This document shows positions 35,230 through 46,343 of a DNA stretch of 64,000 nucleotides, piece by piece (positions within the stretch are counted from its first letter, which is position 1; the number at the start of each line of letters is the position of its first letter). Both the position numbers and the translations under genes were made by a program. The stretch spans positions 919-64,918 of the forward strand of contig CANGYO010000002.1 in NCBI GenBank assembly GCA_947458095.1, in the 5' to 3' direction. The DNA comes from Vampirovibrionales bacterium. GTDB lineage: Bacteria; Cyanobacteriota; Vampirovibrionia; Vampirovibrionales; JAJTHC01. The notes under the pieces were generated by a model. That model saw nothing but the letters and a program-made list of their open reading frames with translations, ran no database searches and had not been told where the DNA came from.

Positions 35230-35301
35230 GTTACCTCATTATACCCCATTTATACAAGCGGGATACCTTTTTAGGGTACCCCACTTGAGAAGAATCTATG
35301 T

Positions 35302-38300
35302 TTACAATTGATAACTTGTGGGTTTTTGATAACTGTATACAAAGTTGCGTGTATTCGCACCTAAAGAAGCCGCATTATTTTGACAAATCACGTGCAAGAA
35401 GCCTCGTTGATCGTCAATGCGTAAGCCACATCGGCGTCCTGTATAATGAGTATTGTTGTCAAAGGCATTGTCCACAGCCCATGATTCCATGGGGAGTAAG
35501 ATGTTTTCATCATGCACCCTGTTCGGTCTTACAACAGCAACCAATAGTCCACGTCTATCGGCTCCGCCTCGAATACTCAAGTGATCACCAGCTCGCCACG
35601 CACCCCCTTCATTGGCACGAACAATATAAAGTTTGCCTGTTTTACTGGAATGGGCAATCCCTGCTCCTAGTTGCGGTCCAAATCCAGTCCACCAAGGGGT
35701 AGAAACGGTATTTCCCCATGGATCGGGGCCTGTAGTCGGAGCAGACCCTGCCATATTTCGATCAGGAATACGGTACACTCTATCATCCACTAAAACAAAG
35801 GCTTCTGTGGCGTCAGGTGATTGATTCACCGTAATATCCATGTTGGTTGACGTGGGGAAGTTGGCAGGTAAAGTCAATTCACTCATTCGATAACAGAAGG
35901 AAGAATTGTTCTTAGCCCCGTCTTTTAAGCGAGCATCACATTTAAAGCGAACCAAACGAGTGGGTTTAGTGATACCATTACGAATCGACGCGTTAAGCAA
36001 TATGTAGGCATTACTGTCGTCTTCGGCAATACTCCTCGCATCTTGCAAGAACTCAAGTCCCAAGCTTTCTAGGCGAAGGTTACGCCCCGGCTCCGCTTCT
36101 CGGCTTAAAAAGTTCCCGTTTCGAGCCAACGCATTATTCTGCCGACCGCCCCCAAACTTCCACAGCACCACGTTACCACTCGCATTCGTCACCATGAGTT
36201 CCATGCGGTTATAGTTAATGCCGATAATGTCTCTTTCTTTAGCGGTTTGCATAAAACCTCTTGGATAAATTGTTGACGAAGGAGGAGGAACGGTGGGTCG
36301 AGTAGAATCTGCCCCCGATGTAAAAGCAGCGGTGCTACCTGTAAAAACATCCAAGCGATAGTTACTGGTGGCACTGTCCCAATAGGTAAAGACGACTTTG
36401 TCGGTTTGGTGAACAGGCATCATCCAAGGATCTTGCCCATTCATATCTTTAAAGAAGTACTTAATGTTTTGATAAGGATTTCTAAAAGGGTCAGTTCCAG
36501 GCGTTTTTGTGTTTCGTTGAATCATGACCCCTTTTTGCGTCGTCGGGTAAGCACTTTGTTTTTTACAGTCATCGTCACCCACAATAGGTTGATACATGGT
36601 GGAAGTCCCTGTATAAACCGCACTATAAGCACGCACTGTTTCATCGGCGGTCATAACTTGAGAAGCATTAATCCCCATATTGTGGAAGCAATGCCCTACA
36701 CTATTAAAAGAATGTCGTGGTATGTATTTACTTGTCGTTGGACCAGTACTTACAAGGACTGAAGTAAGATCCTCAAACGTGAAGTTGGGGAAGCTTCCTG
36801 CGGTGACGTTCATCGTCATAGTGGATCTCACCCCACCAAAATAAGGGTCATCGTTATTGGTTTTATTCGTCCACAATGCACCAGACCCATTCCCCCATCG
36901 AGGAGCGAAACCATTGTCGGCAATACCTAAATAATAATTATTATGGAACCACTGCTTGAGTTGGCTGGGTTGGTGAGACATATTCACATTAAAGGGTGGG
37001 TCAATCGCTGGTACAGTATCACCAGGTAACATAGGAGATAAATCTAGCGTGGTCATACTGGCAGCCGTGACATACAAATCACGGACGCCCCCCGTTAAAG
37101 CCCGTGTTAAAAAGCCTGCGGCTCTTAACGAATCATTGGCGACTAAGCGATTCGCACTGAGTGGATTATTAGCTGGAGATGTTTCGGTTGCTCCTGTATC
37201 AGGTGTGGCAGGGGTTGCAGGTGGCGTATTTACCGTTGTGTTGGTCACGCCTCTTGAAGTAATCGAAACGGTGCTTCCATTACGATTGGCTTTTAGGTAA
37301 ACCATGCCCATTTTATTGTTAAATTTATTCAATGCCGCCAAGAAAAGGTCTCCCGACACATTAGCACCGTCTCCATTGGTGATGTCCCAACTATTAATGT
37401 AATCAAATTGAGATGCTCCCGTAATGGTTTCGAGATCTTGATTAAAAACGGTTGCCATGGAATTGGTGTCTATTGCCAAAATTTGTGTTTTAGATCCGAC
37501 TCCTGTTACACCGTTGTCTTGCAATGCCCAGATCGTCCCGTTTTGATGATCGGGAATCAGCGTATAATGAATAGTACTTAAGTTCGTATTTCGTGAATCC
37601 ACTAAAAAGACGCCTAGGGTGGCTTGGTAAGGATCCCACCCCAAAAGGTGCATTCTACCACTACCTGCCCCTGCATCTGCTTTGCCGTAAGGATTCACTG
37701 CCGTGCCTTTGTCGTCAGACGTCCAAAAGACCTTACCTGTAAATTCGTCAATGACTAAGGGATAGTCATCGGGGGTGAAATTGGCATTTGGTATGCCTGA
37801 AGGACTGATGTTGGACGTCACCAAGGTGAGTTCATTTTTAAGCGCATTATAAAAATAGAGACGAATATTTGCCCCTTCTTGACCCACAAAGGCATAATTT
37901 CCCCGTATTTGATCCACCACCACACGCAAAATCGTGACGCCTGTTAAAAGCGTTTGTGGAGCGGTAAGATTAACAGATGCGATTTGTGACGCCGAAGGAA
38001 GCACTAAGCTTGTGTTGTTTTGTTTATTGAAAGACGCTGTAACGGCGCTAATATCCGCTTGATTGCCAACACCATAAAAGGTCGTTAAAGGGGTAACTGC
38101 TACGGCAGACGCCGTATTTAAATCTCCTGCCGCTTGAGACGCATATTTTTTTCCTGTGAAAAACTGCCTATTGCCTGTCATCACCCGACCTTCACTTTGC
38201 TTGATTCCTGGTGCGGTGACTTGAACGCCTTGCATTTGAAGGGTAATTGAATCCAAATCTCCTAGAAAAGCAGGCGTTAAGATAGCAGGGTCGTTCGTGC

Positions 38301-38838
38301 AAGTGCCAGACGTATTACAATAGTTAAACATTGGACCATTCTCCCCAAGAGGAAGGAGTTCTACTTGATCCGACGCCAAGGTCGCATAAGGCGAAGAAAC
38401 TTCATTGCCTGTTGCCAAACCGTTGTCTAACAACTTTTGAAGATACCATCTCCCCCCTGTTGTGACGGAACTGGCTCCAGATCCCGTCACTGTTCCACCC
38501 ACGTTCACGAGGCGGTAACCCACCTTTTCTGCCACGCCACGGTTGGCGTTGTAATAGGTCATTTGAAATTCACGACGAGGATCCCATGTGCTGTAGTTGT
38601 CAGGGCGAACCATATTTGAGCTTGAATCGAAGACCATGCCTATTTGGTTAAACATGGTACTTAATTGAAAGTTTGATTTGCTATGCGAGGCTGAATCCAC
38701 CAAGCCTTTGGTAATAATGGTGCTAGACGTTAGTAAAAGAGGTAAGATCACCAACCCCACGACACCGATGGACACGACAAGTTCAATTAAGGTAAAGCCT
38801 GCTTGTTTGTAATGACGAAACAGTTTATTAGAGACCAT
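35302..38838 (-). CDS. giant protein with prepilin-type N-terminal cleavage/methylation domain
   Basis: N-terminus MVSNKLFRHYKQAGFTLIELVVSIGVVGLVILPLLL (G/F cleavage site, Glu at +5), followed by about 1140 aa of Ser/Thr/Asn/Gly-rich beta-type sequence. Confidence 0.8.
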   Translation of the reverse strand: MVSNKLFRHYKQAGFTLIELVVSIGVVGLVILPLLLTSSTIITKGLVDSASHSKSNFQLSTMFNQIGMVFDSSSNMVRPDNYSTWDPRREFQMTYYNANRGVAEKVGYRLVNVGGTVTGSGASSVTTGGRWYLQKLLDNGLATGNEVSSPYATLASDQVELLPLGENGPMFNYCNTSGTCTNDPAILTPAFLGDLDSITLQMQGVQVTAPGIKQSEGRVMTGNRQFFTGKKYASQAAGDLNTASAVAVTPLTTFYGVGNQADISAVTASFNKQNNTSLVLPSASQIASVNLTAPQTLLTGVTILRVVVDQIRGNYAFVGQEGANIRLYFYNALKNELTLVTSNISPSGIPNANFTPDDYPLVIDEFTGKVFWTSDDKGTAVNPYGKADAGAGSGRMHLLGWDPYQATLGVFLVDSRNTNLSTIHYTLIPDHQNGTIWALQDNGVTGVGSKTQILAIDTNSMATVFNQDLETITGASQFDYINSWDITNGDGANVSGDLFLAALNKFNNKMGMVYLKANRNGSTVSITSRGVTNTTVNTPPATPATPDTGATETSPANNPLSANRLVANDSLRAAGFLTRALTGGVRDLYVTAASMTTLDLSPMLPGDTVPAIDPPFNVNMSHQPSQLKQWFHNNYYLGIADNGFAPRWGNGSGALWTNKTNNDDPYFGGVRSTMTMNVTAGSFPNFTFEDLTSVLVSTGPTTSKYIPRHSFNSVGHCFHNMGINASQVMTADETVRAYSAVYTGTSTMYQPIVGDDDCKKQSAYPTTQKGVMIQRNTKTPGTDPFRNPYQNIKYFFKDMNGQDPWMMPVHQTDKVVFTYWDSATSNYRLDVFTGSTAAFTSGADSTRPTVPPPSSTIYPRGFMQTAKERDIIGINYNRMELMVTNASGNVVLWKFGGGRQNNALARNGNFLSREAEPGRNLRLESLGLEFLQDARSIAEDDSNAYILLNASIRNGITKPTRLVRFKCDARLKDGAKNNSSFCYRMSELTLPANFPTSTNMDITVNQSPDATEAFVLVDDRVYRIPDRNMAGSAPTTGPDPWGNTVSTPWWTGFGPQLGAGIAHSSKTGKLYIVRANEGGAWRAGDHLSIRGGADRRGLLVAVVRPNRVHDENILLPMESWAVDNAFDNNTHYTGRRCGLRIDDQRGFLHVICQNNAASLGANTRNFVYSYQKPTSYQL

Positions 38839-38950
38839 AAAAGAGATACCTCTGCTATTGATAAAATGGCTTTGGTGAAGTATCGTCTATTTTCTGAAAA
38901 AGTTTAATTGGTATCGCTCAAGTGTATTAAATGTAACAAAAGCCATTAAA

Positions 38951-39379
38951 TTAGCCACACTTTTTAAAGGCCCTGTATTTTGAAATGGCGGCATCGACGG
39001 TACTTTGTAAATTAGTGGGTGACACACGTCCAAGCGGAAGGGATTCAATCGCTTTTTTATTTCCCCCAAACAAGAAAAAGGCAGGCACTGAAGTGACTTT
39101 AAAGGTATTGGCGAGTTCCATATTGTTGCCTTCATAAATGTTGATGCGTTTGACTTTTAAGCCTTTGGGTTTCAAGTTAATTTCGACTTGATCCACAAAA
39201 GGCGCAATATTACGGCAGGCACCACATTTTTCCCAGTAAAACTCAAGTAAAATCGTGTCACACAGGGAATCACTTTTGTATTGATTCGGTAGTTTTGGGC
39301 TGGCATAACTGGGAATAATCACCGCTCCTAAAGCCGTTAAAACAAGTAAGGCTAAGGTGATATAAAAAGATTTAGACAT
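38951..39379 (-). CDS. secreted thioredoxin-fold protein
   Basis: Signal/anchor segment FYITLALLVLTALGAVII and CxxC motif WEKCGACRN. ATG at 39379 follows GAGAGAGGAAA. Confidence 0.75.
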   Translation of the reverse strand: MSKSFYITLALLVLTALGAVIIPSYASPKLPNQYKSDSLCDTILLEFYWEKCGACRNIAPFVDQVEINLKPKGLKVKRINIYEGNNMELANTFKVTSVPAFFLFGGNKKAIESLPLGRVSPTNLQSTVDAAISKYRAFKKCG

Positions 39380-39456
39380 GCGTTTTTCCTCTCTCAATTG
39401 TCAAGATATTGCTGATTTTTTAAATAAGTTTTACGAAAGTTACTAAAAAAGAAGTA

Positions 39457-39538
39457 CGTCATGTTGAGTGTAGCGAAACATCTCCCGAATAGGAAACCGC
39501 AAGGACTAGGGAGATCCTTCGTTGCACTCAGGATGACG
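39457..39538. repeat. palindromic hairpin repeat, type II
   Basis: CGTCATGTTGAGTGTAGCGAAACATCTCCC ... GGGAGATCCTTCGTTGCACTCAGGATGACG. Confidence 0.8.
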
Positions 39539-39586
39539 AAGACCCATTTTCACAGAGCTGTTCTTAGTATAGGCTGTTTTTTCAGA

Positions 39587-42500
39587 TTAAGCAAATAAGG
39601 TTTGCAAGGAACGCACCTTGTAAGACTGCGTTTTAAGGGCTTCAATCGCTTCTGCCATTGCCATAGCCCCTGTTAGCGTGGTGGTCATTGGTGTGTTGTG
39701 AATCACAGCAGATTTACGAATGTAGCTATCATCCAACAAGCCCTCATCGCCCGAAGGGGTGTTAATCACCAGCTGAATATCGCTTGATTCAATCAAGGTT
39801 TGGGCATTCGGCGACCCTTCGTGCCGTTTACGCACAGGGAAGCAGGGGATGCCTTGCTCACTTAAAAAGCGAGCCGTGCCTTGTGTGGAAATCAAGTTAA
39901 ACCCGATCGACTGAAAACGCCGAGCGACTTCCACCGCATAGGGTTTGTCGTGATTGTTCACACTCAAGAAAATTTGCCCACTTAAGGGCAATTGCATGCC
40001 TGCCCCTTGCAAGGCTTTGGCGTAAGCTAGGGCAAAGTTATCATCGACCCCCATGACTTCCCCTGTAGACCGCATTTCTGGGCCGAGCATGGGGTCGCTT
40101 TCACGAAACTTAATGAAGGGAAACACAGGGGCTTTGACCGCAATATGCGTCGGCAAGCTCGCTGGCAATGAATCTGCTAGCACATAGGCAAGCCTTTCAC
40201 CGAGCATCACACGCACCGCCATTTGAATGACTGGCACGCCCGTGCATTTGGCGACAAACGGCACGGTACGACTCGCACGAGGGTTCACCTCAATAATATA
40301 GAGTTCATTATTTTGTACCGCAAACTGGATGTTCAATAAGCCTTTCACATTCAAGGCTTTCGCAAGGTTAGCCGTGGCGACCTCAATTTGTGATTTCATT
40401 TCCGCACTAATATGTTGTGTGGGCCAAACGCAGGCACTGTCTCCACTATGGATGCCCGCTTGTTCGATATGTTCCAACACGGCTGCGACATAGCAATCTT
40501 CACCGTCAGACAACGCATCCACATCAAGCTCCCGAGCATTTTCAAGGAAGCGATCAATCAAAACAGGCGAATCAGGTTCCACCTCTAAAATCTCTTCGAG
40601 GTAATGTAGCAAGCTCGCTTCGGTGTATACGATCCGCATCGCACGACCGCCCAACACATAGCTAGGACGAATCATCAGCGGATAGCCCATTTGCCTGGCT
40701 ACAGCAACCGCTTCCGCTTCATTACGAGCAATCCCACTTTCAGGGGCTTTTAGATTTAGTTCGTTGAGAATGGCTCGAAACTTTTCACGATCTTCGGCAT
40801 CATCAATGGCATCCACACTGGTTCCTAGCGGTTTGAAATAAGGATCATCCTTCAACGCACGAGCCAGCTTTAAGGGCGTTTGTCCGCCGAGTTGGGCAAT
40901 CACGCCCAAAGGCTGTTCTTGACGCAACACATTATGTACATCTTCTGCGGTCAACGGCTCAAAATAGAGCCTGTCCGACATATCATAATCGGTCGACACC
41001 GTTTCAGGATTAGAATTGACCATAATCGGTTCATAGCCAAGCTTTCGCAACGCCATCGCCGCATGAACGCAACAATAATCAAACTCAATGCCTTGCCCAA
41101 TGCGGTTGGGACCTCCGCCTAAAATCACGACTCGTTTATTATCGGCATCTAGCAGAAGCCCTTGAGGGGCTTCGTTTTCACCAGCGTCATAGGTGGAATA
41201 GAAATACGGTGTTTGGGCTTCAAACTCGCCTGCACACGTGTCCACCGATTTATAAACAGGGAAAATGCCTTTGTCTTCACGCACTTGGCGAATGGTGTGT
41301 TCATCCTGCCCCAAATGCTGAGCCAATTCCGCATCACTCAAGCCGTCTTGCTTATAGCGACGTAGCTCGCTCGCTGAAATGGCTTCAACCGACGCATGAG
41401 CCGTCATGGCGAGTTCGTCCTTTAAAATCTCTTCGATATTGGCTAAAAACCACGGATCAATCTTTGTCCACGCATGGATGTTATCCATCGGCACGCCTTG
41501 GCGAAAGGCTTGCAACAACCAATAAATACGATCCGCTGTTGCGGTTTTAAGCTGTGTTTCAAGTTCATATTTGGACACAAAGCCTTGGCTTAAATCAAAA
41601 TACAAGGGCTTGATTTCAAGGGAACGCAAGGCTTTTTTAAAGGATTCCTTAAAGGTACGCCCCATTGCCATGACTTCGCCGACGCTTTTCATTTGGGGCG
41701 AAAGTTGGTTGCCGCCTTCAGGGAACTTGTCAAAGCTAAAGCGTGGGATTTTGGTGACCACATAATCAATCGCAGGTTCAAAGCTCGCTGGCGTCGATTG
41801 CGTAATATCGTTGCGGATTTCATCCAAACGATAGCCCACCGCTAAACGAGCCGAGATTTTGGCGATCGGCACGCCTGTGGCTTTCGACACCAACGCGGAA
41901 CTACGAGACACCCGAGGGTTCATTTCAATAATGACGATGCGTCCCGTGCTGGGGTGAATGGCAAACTGGATGTTGCATCCGCCCGCTTCAACCCCGACGG
42001 CTCGAATGATTTGCATGGATGCATTCCGCAAAGCTTGATACTCTTTGTCAGTCAAGGTTTGAGCAGGGGCAACGGTGATGCTATCCCCCGTATGCACCCC
42101 CATAGGATCCACATTTTCAACCGAACACACAATAACGACATTGTCCGCCTTGTCTCGCATGACTTCAAACTCGTATTCCTTCCACCCCAAGGCGGATTCT
42201 TCCAACAAAACCTGGCTAATGGGCGACAAATGCAAGCCGTATTCCACTTTCGCTTCAAACTCTTCAGGCGTGTAAACCACGCTTCCGCCACTACCACCGA
42301 GTGTGAAAGCAGGGCGAACAATCATGGGGAATCCCAAGTCTTTGGCGGCCAAATGAGCCTCAGTAAGGGTTGTGACCGTATGACTTTTAAAAGAGTTCAG
42401 CCCGATTTCCGTCATCAGTTGCTTGAAGCGTTCACGATCTTCAGCGACATCAATGGCATTGAAGTTGGCTCCAATCAGTTCCACTTGATATTTTTCCAAG

Positions 42501-42820
42501 ACGCCGTTGTGATGCAAATCATATGCCAAGTTCAAGGCGGTTTGCCCTCCCATCGTAGGCAGTAAGGCATCGGGGCGTTCTTGTTCGATGATGGTTTCCA
42601 AGACGGCTGGGGTCAGCGGTTCAATATAGGTTTTGGTGGCTAGATTGGGATCCGTCATAATCGTGGCAGGATTGGAGTTCACCAAAATAACGTCGTAGCC
42701 TTCTTCCATTAAAGCCCGACAGGCTTGCGTGCCTGAATAGTCGAACTCGCAGGCTTGCCCAATGACGATAGGTCCCGCCCCGATAATTAAAATACGTTTC
42801 AGATCATTTCGTTTCGGCAT
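39587..42820 (-). CDS. carB: carbamoyl-phosphate synthase large subunit
   Basis: 1077 aa with duplicated ATP-grasp halves ([19 protein letters not shown] and [19 protein letters not shown]) and an MGS-like C-terminus. Confidence 0.97.
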   Translation of the reverse strand: MPKRNDLKRILIIGAGPIVIGQACEFDYSGTQACRALMEEGYDVILVNSNPATIMTDPNLATKTYIEPLTPAVLETIIEQERPDALLPTMGGQTALNLAYDLHHNGVLEKYQVELIGANFNAIDVAEDRERFKQLMTEIGLNSFKSHTVTTLTEAHLAAKDLGFPMIVRPAFTLGGSGGSVVYTPEEFEAKVEYGLHLSPISQVLLEESALGWKEYEFEVMRDKADNVVIVCSVENVDPMGVHTGDSITVAPAQTLTDKEYQALRNASMQIIRAVGVEAGGCNIQFAIHPSTGRIVIIEMNPRVSRSSALVSKATGVPIAKISARLAVGYRLDEIRNDITQSTPASFEPAIDYVVTKIPRFSFDKFPEGGNQLSPQMKSVGEVMAMGRTFKESFKKALRSLEIKPLYFDLSQGFVSKYELETQLKTATADRIYWLLQAFRQGVPMDNIHAWTKIDPWFLANIEEILKDELAMTAHASVEAISASELRRYKQDGLSDAELAQHLGQDEHTIRQVREDKGIFPVYKSVDTCAGEFEAQTPYFYSTYDAGENEAPQGLLLDADNKRVVILGGGPNRIGQGIEFDYCCVHAAMALRKLGYEPIMVNSNPETVSTDYDMSDRLYFEPLTAEDVHNVLRQEQPLGVIAQLGGQTPLKLARALKDDPYFKPLGTSVDAIDDAEDREKFRAILNELNLKAPESGIARNEAEAVAVARQMGYPLMIRPSYVLGGRAMRIVYTEASLLHYLEEILEVEPDSPVLIDRFLENARELDVDALSDGEDCYVAAVLEHIEQAGIHSGDSACVWPTQHISAEMKSQIEVATANLAKALNVKGLLNIQFAVQNNELYIIEVNPRASRTVPFVAKCTGVPVIQMAVRVMLGERLAYVLADSLPASLPTHIAVKAPVFPFIKFRESDPMLGPEMRSTGEVMGVDDNFALAYAKALQGAGMQLPLSGQIFLSVNNHDKPYAVEVARRFQSIGFNLISTQGTARFLSEQGIPCFPVRKRHEGSPNAQTLIESSDIQLVINTPSGDEGLLDDSYIRKSAVIHNTPMTTTLTGAMAMAEAIEALKTQSYKVRSLQTLFA

Positions 42821-42897
42821 GGAGGCATCCTTTTAAGCAGACAAATGACGGCAATTCAGAGAAACACAGATGCCTTTCCAAATTGTCTTATTCTACC

Positions 42898-42926
42898 TTG
42901 CTGAAGATTGCCCTGCAACGTATAAT
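42898..42926 (+). promoter_or_regulatory. sigma70-like promoter candidate
   Basis: TTGCTG, 17-nt spacer, TATAAT. It would give a leader of about 215 nt for the 43149 gene. Confidence 0.4.
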
Positions 42927-43049
42927 CGTCAAAAAGTTATAATCGTGGTGTTTTTTAAGCTTTTTTGTTACCAAATGTTGCAAAACAGAAGAATGAGACT
43001 TTTTTGTATGTTCGTTATACCTCTTTGTTTTTCTTCTTCTCTCTCCTCT

Positions 43050-43089
43050 TAGAAAACGAAGATCTCTCATTAGAGTACTTCGTTTTCTA
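43050..43089 (+). promoter_or_regulatory. perfect 12-bp inverted repeat in the leader
   Basis: TAGAAAACGAAG - 16 nt - CTTCGTTTTCTA. Confidence 0.4.
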
Positions 43090-43148
43090 TAAACGTATTA
43101 TATTTAAAGTACTATAGAAAATACATAGACTCTAAAGAAGGGAACTCT

Positions 43149-44216
43149 ATGCAACAAAACTTAGCTATTTTCAGTAAAACGTTAGGCGTTTTTATAGGCT
43201 TAAGTTACTTTGCATCGCCTTTTTTATACGCCGAAGGACTTTACCTCACCCCCAATAACCCACCAGTGCTAAGCCCCTTCCCTCAAGAAAGTGCCTATGC
43301 CACGCCTGCCTTAAACAGTCGGAGCATTGCATTAGAAGCCCTAAAACAAGGTCAGACCCGTCAAGGGGTGGTTCTGCTAGACTCGTGGCTTGATGATCAC
43401 CCCGAAGATTTAGACGCCTTTTTTCAACTCGCCAAAGCCAACTATCACTTGGGTGACTTTAGCACCATGCGTCGAAACTTAGCCACCTTAAAAACACTCG
43501 CCCCGCAAGATGTGGTGACACAAAACGCATGGGCTTGGGCAAGTGGCATCCCCGAAGCCAAAACTCCGACCGTAGACGATGAAAAAAATAAGGTCTTATT
43601 GAATCTCGCTCGATCGGTTGCACAAGAAAAAGAAAGCTCTTCGCCTTTTACCATGAAGGACGCTTCTGTAAAAGGAGACGTCCGCAACGAAAGTCCATTC
43701 CCCAGCAAAGCATTAGAACCCCAAGACATTTCAGTCGAAAAAACCAGCCCCCTGCCTTTGGTCAAAGAAGCCTTGGTGGATGAAAAAATTAACTCTCCTG
43801 TTGCACCCAATACAGTGGCTTCTCAAAAAGACGTCAAAGCTCCTCCCCCGACTGCTTCAACGGTAGGGGCAGCCGCTTCCGTGCAAGCCCCTAGCACAAC
43901 GCCTTTAACCCAAGAACAAATTGCCCAAAACTTCCAAATGCTTCAACAATTGATGATGATGCAAATGGTGAACAATTCGCAAAACGGCATGAATACGAAT
44001 AATCCCATGACGATGATGATGATGAACGGGCAAGGCAATAGTGGTATGAACAACTTAAATGGCTTGAATATGATGAACAATCAAGGTGTGAATCCTGCGA
44101 TGAATCCGCAGATGATGAATCAAATGATGCAAAACGCCTTGCTTAATAATATGAATGGCATGTTCAACACCAACAACGACAATCAAAATAATAATAATAA
44201 TGGGTTTGGCTTTTAG
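43149..44216 (+). CDS. secreted TPR-like protein with Met/Asn/Gln-rich C-terminal tail
   Basis: Signal peptide LGVFIGLSYFASPFLYA, then a helical TPR-like segment. The last ~100 aa are almost entirely M, N, Q and G. Confidence 0.65.
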   Translation: MQQNLAIFSKTLGVFIGLSYFASPFLYAEGLYLTPNNPPVLSPFPQESAYATPALNSRSIALEALKQGQTRQGVVLLDSWLDDHPEDLDAFFQLAKANYHLGDFSTMRRNLATLKTLAPQDVVTQNAWAWASGIPEAKTPTVDDEKNKVLLNLARSVAQEKESSSPFTMKDASVKGDVRNESPFPSKALEPQDISVEKTSPLPLVKEALVDEKINSPVAPNTVASQKDVKAPPPTASTVGAAASVQAPSTTPLTQEQIAQNFQMLQQLMMMQMVNNSQNGMNTNNPMTMMMMNGQGNSGMNNLNGLNMMNNQGVNPAMNPQMMNQMMQNALLNNMNGMFNTNNDNQNNNNNGFGF

Positions 44217-44302
44217 AAAGCGATTTGTCAACCAGCATGGATTTTATGTTTTTGATAAAATAGGGTTACTTATCATAAAAATGCGGAATGATTTAAACCA
44301 TT

Positions 44303-46198
44303 ATGGCACTCCACACAGAAAAATCCGATGTCTTGGTCATCGGGGCAGGTCATGCAGGCATTGAAGCCGCTGTTTCATCCGCTCGCTTGGGCTGTAAAAC
44401 CATTTTATTGAGTATGAATCTCGACACCATTGGGCAAATGAGCTGTAACCCTTCCATTGGAGGCCCTGCCAAAAGCCAGCTCGTCAAAGAAATTGACGCT
44501 CTCGGTGGCGTCATGGGCTTGTGTGCCGATGCCACTTACATCCAACTGCGGATGCTCAATATGTCCAAAGGCCCTGCGGTGAGAGCCTTACGCTCTCAAA
44601 GCGACAAAGCGAAGTATCGGGATTATGCCCGTGCGTTGGTCGAAGCGGAGCCGAACTTGAAATTACGCCAAAGCACCGTGCAACGTGTGGTTGTGGATGC
44701 TCATCAAAAGGTGCTAGGCGTTGAAGACAATCTCGGTATTTTTTATGAAGCCCCTTCGGTGGTCGTGACGACAGGTACGTTTTTAAACGGCAAAATATGG
44801 ATCGGTGAAAATTCTTACGGAGGCGGAAGACCGGGAGATCCTGCCGCTAAAGGCTTAACGGCATCCCTATTAGAACTAGGGCTTGAAACAGGACGCCTGA
44901 AAACAGGCACCCCCCCTCGCTTAGACGGACGTACCATTGACTATACTAACCTTGAAGAACAACACGGCGACACGCCTCACGGTTTTTTTAGTTTCATGCC
45001 GAACCGTCCCCAGTTGGAGCAAATTCCGTGTCACATCACACGCACCACCACGAAAACGCATGAGATTATCAAAGCCAACATCCACCGTAGCCCCATGATG
45101 CAAGGGCTTATGGAAGCCGATTGTGGGCCTCGATACTGCCCCAGTATTGAAGACAAGGTCATGCGGTTTGCGGACAAAGACACGCATCACCTATTTATTG
45201 AACCTGAAGGTCGTGACACCTATGAAATCTACCTGCAAGGCTTTTCATCTTGCTTACCGCTTGATGTGCAAGTGGCGATGCTCCAAACCTTACCTGGTTT
45301 AGAGCGAGCGGAGATGTTGCGTCCTGCTTGTGCGGTAGAGTATGATTATTTTCCAGCCTATCAGCTCACGCCTGCGTTAATGGTCAAAAACGCCCACGGC
45401 TTGTTTTTCGCAGGGCAAATCAACGGCACCAGTGGGTACGAAGAAGCGGCGGCTCAAGGCTTAATGGCAGGCATTAACGCCAGTCGCTACGCAGGGGGGC
45501 AGGATCCCTTTATTTTGCCACGATCCTCATCATATATCGGCACCTTGATTGACGATTTAGTCACCAAAGAAATTAAAGAGCCGTACCGTATGCTCACCAG
45601 CCGTAGCGAATATCGCTTGTTATTGCGTCAAGACAATGCGGATTTACGCTTAACGAGCTTGGGTCGTGAAATTGGGCTTGTTCAAGTAGATCGGTGGGCG
45701 GTGTTTCAAGCGCGTCAAGCGGCGATAGCCCAAGAGCAAACCCGTTTAGCGACCACGAAAATCAAAGCGAGCGACGAAAATAACCAGATTTTGAGCGAGT
45801 CGTGCGGAGAACGCATTCAAGAAGGCAGTAGCTTGGAACAGTTGTTGAAGCGTCCGTTGATTACGTATGAGACACTGATTAAGCTCAATCCAGCGTCGAA
45901 AGACGTCTTGCCTGATGTGCAAGAAACGCTGGAAACAGATATTAAGTTTGCAGGCTATATCGGCAGGCAAAGTCGAGAAAATCAGCGTGTGCAGAATGCC
46001 GAAAAGGTGAAATTGCCTTTGACTGTGGATTATAACGCCATTCAACAATTGAGCTTAGAAGCTCGTGAAAAATTAAGCAAGTTTCGTCCTGTGGATTTGG
46101 CACAAGCCAAGCGTATTTCGGGAGTAAACCCCAGCGATGTTCAGATTGTACAAGTGCTATTAAGTGCGGGTCGCTTGCCGATGCTTAACGTTACTTGA
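44303..46198 (+). CDS. mnmG: tRNA uridine 5-carboxymethylaminomethyl modification enzyme MnmG
   Basis: FAD motif [14 protein letters not shown]. GidA-like throughout, 631 aa. Confidence 0.97.
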   Translation: MALHTEKSDVLVIGAGHAGIEAAVSSARLGCKTILLSMNLDTIGQMSCNPSIGGPAKSQLVKEIDALGGVMGLCADATYIQLRMLNMSKGPAVRALRSQSDKAKYRDYARALVEAEPNLKLRQSTVQRVVVDAHQKVLGVEDNLGIFYEAPSVVVTTGTFLNGKIWIGENSYGGGRPGDPAAKGLTASLLELGLETGRLKTGTPPRLDGRTIDYTNLEEQHGDTPHGFFSFMPNRPQLEQIPCHITRTTTKTHEIIKANIHRSPMMQGLMEADCGPRYCPSIEDKVMRFADKDTHHLFIEPEGRDTYEIYLQGFSSCLPLDVQVAMLQTLPGLERAEMLRPACAVEYDYFPAYQLTPALMVKNAHGLFFAGQINGTSGYEEAAAQGLMAGINASRYAGGQDPFILPRSSSYIGTLIDDLVTKEIKEPYRMLTSRSEYRLLLRQDNADLRLTSLGREIGLVQVDRWAVFQARQAAIAQEQTRLATTKIKASDENNQILSESCGERIQEGSSLEQLLKRPLITYETLIKLNPASKDVLPDVQETLETDIKFAGYIGRQSRENQRVQNAEKVKLPLTVDYNAIQQLSLEAREKLSKFRPVDLAQAKRISGVNPSDVQIVQVLLSAGRLPMLNVT

Positions 46199-46215
46199 AT
46201 CCACCAACTAAAATC

Positions 46216-46243
46216 TTGACTTTTCCGTGTTTTCTACTACAAT
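46216..46243 (+). promoter_or_regulatory. sigma70-like promoter candidate
   Basis: TTGACT, 16-nt spacer, TACAAT. Confidence 0.35.
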
Positions 46244-46343
46244 CGAGGAATGTTATGCTTCCCCCGATAAATGGCTTTCCCTTAAAGTTAAAGGTAAGTA
46301 ATTTATAGTTTTTAATTAAGGGAGTACGAGGAGTTTTGCTATT

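Noticed and set aside
40417-42565. Antisense and alternate-frame ORFs inside carB, and similar ones inside alaS, cheA, dnaG, acn, hisS, purA, guaA and the giant pilin gene
   Set aside because: These are shadow ORFs opposite to, or out of frame with, strongly supported conserved genes, and they have no motifs.
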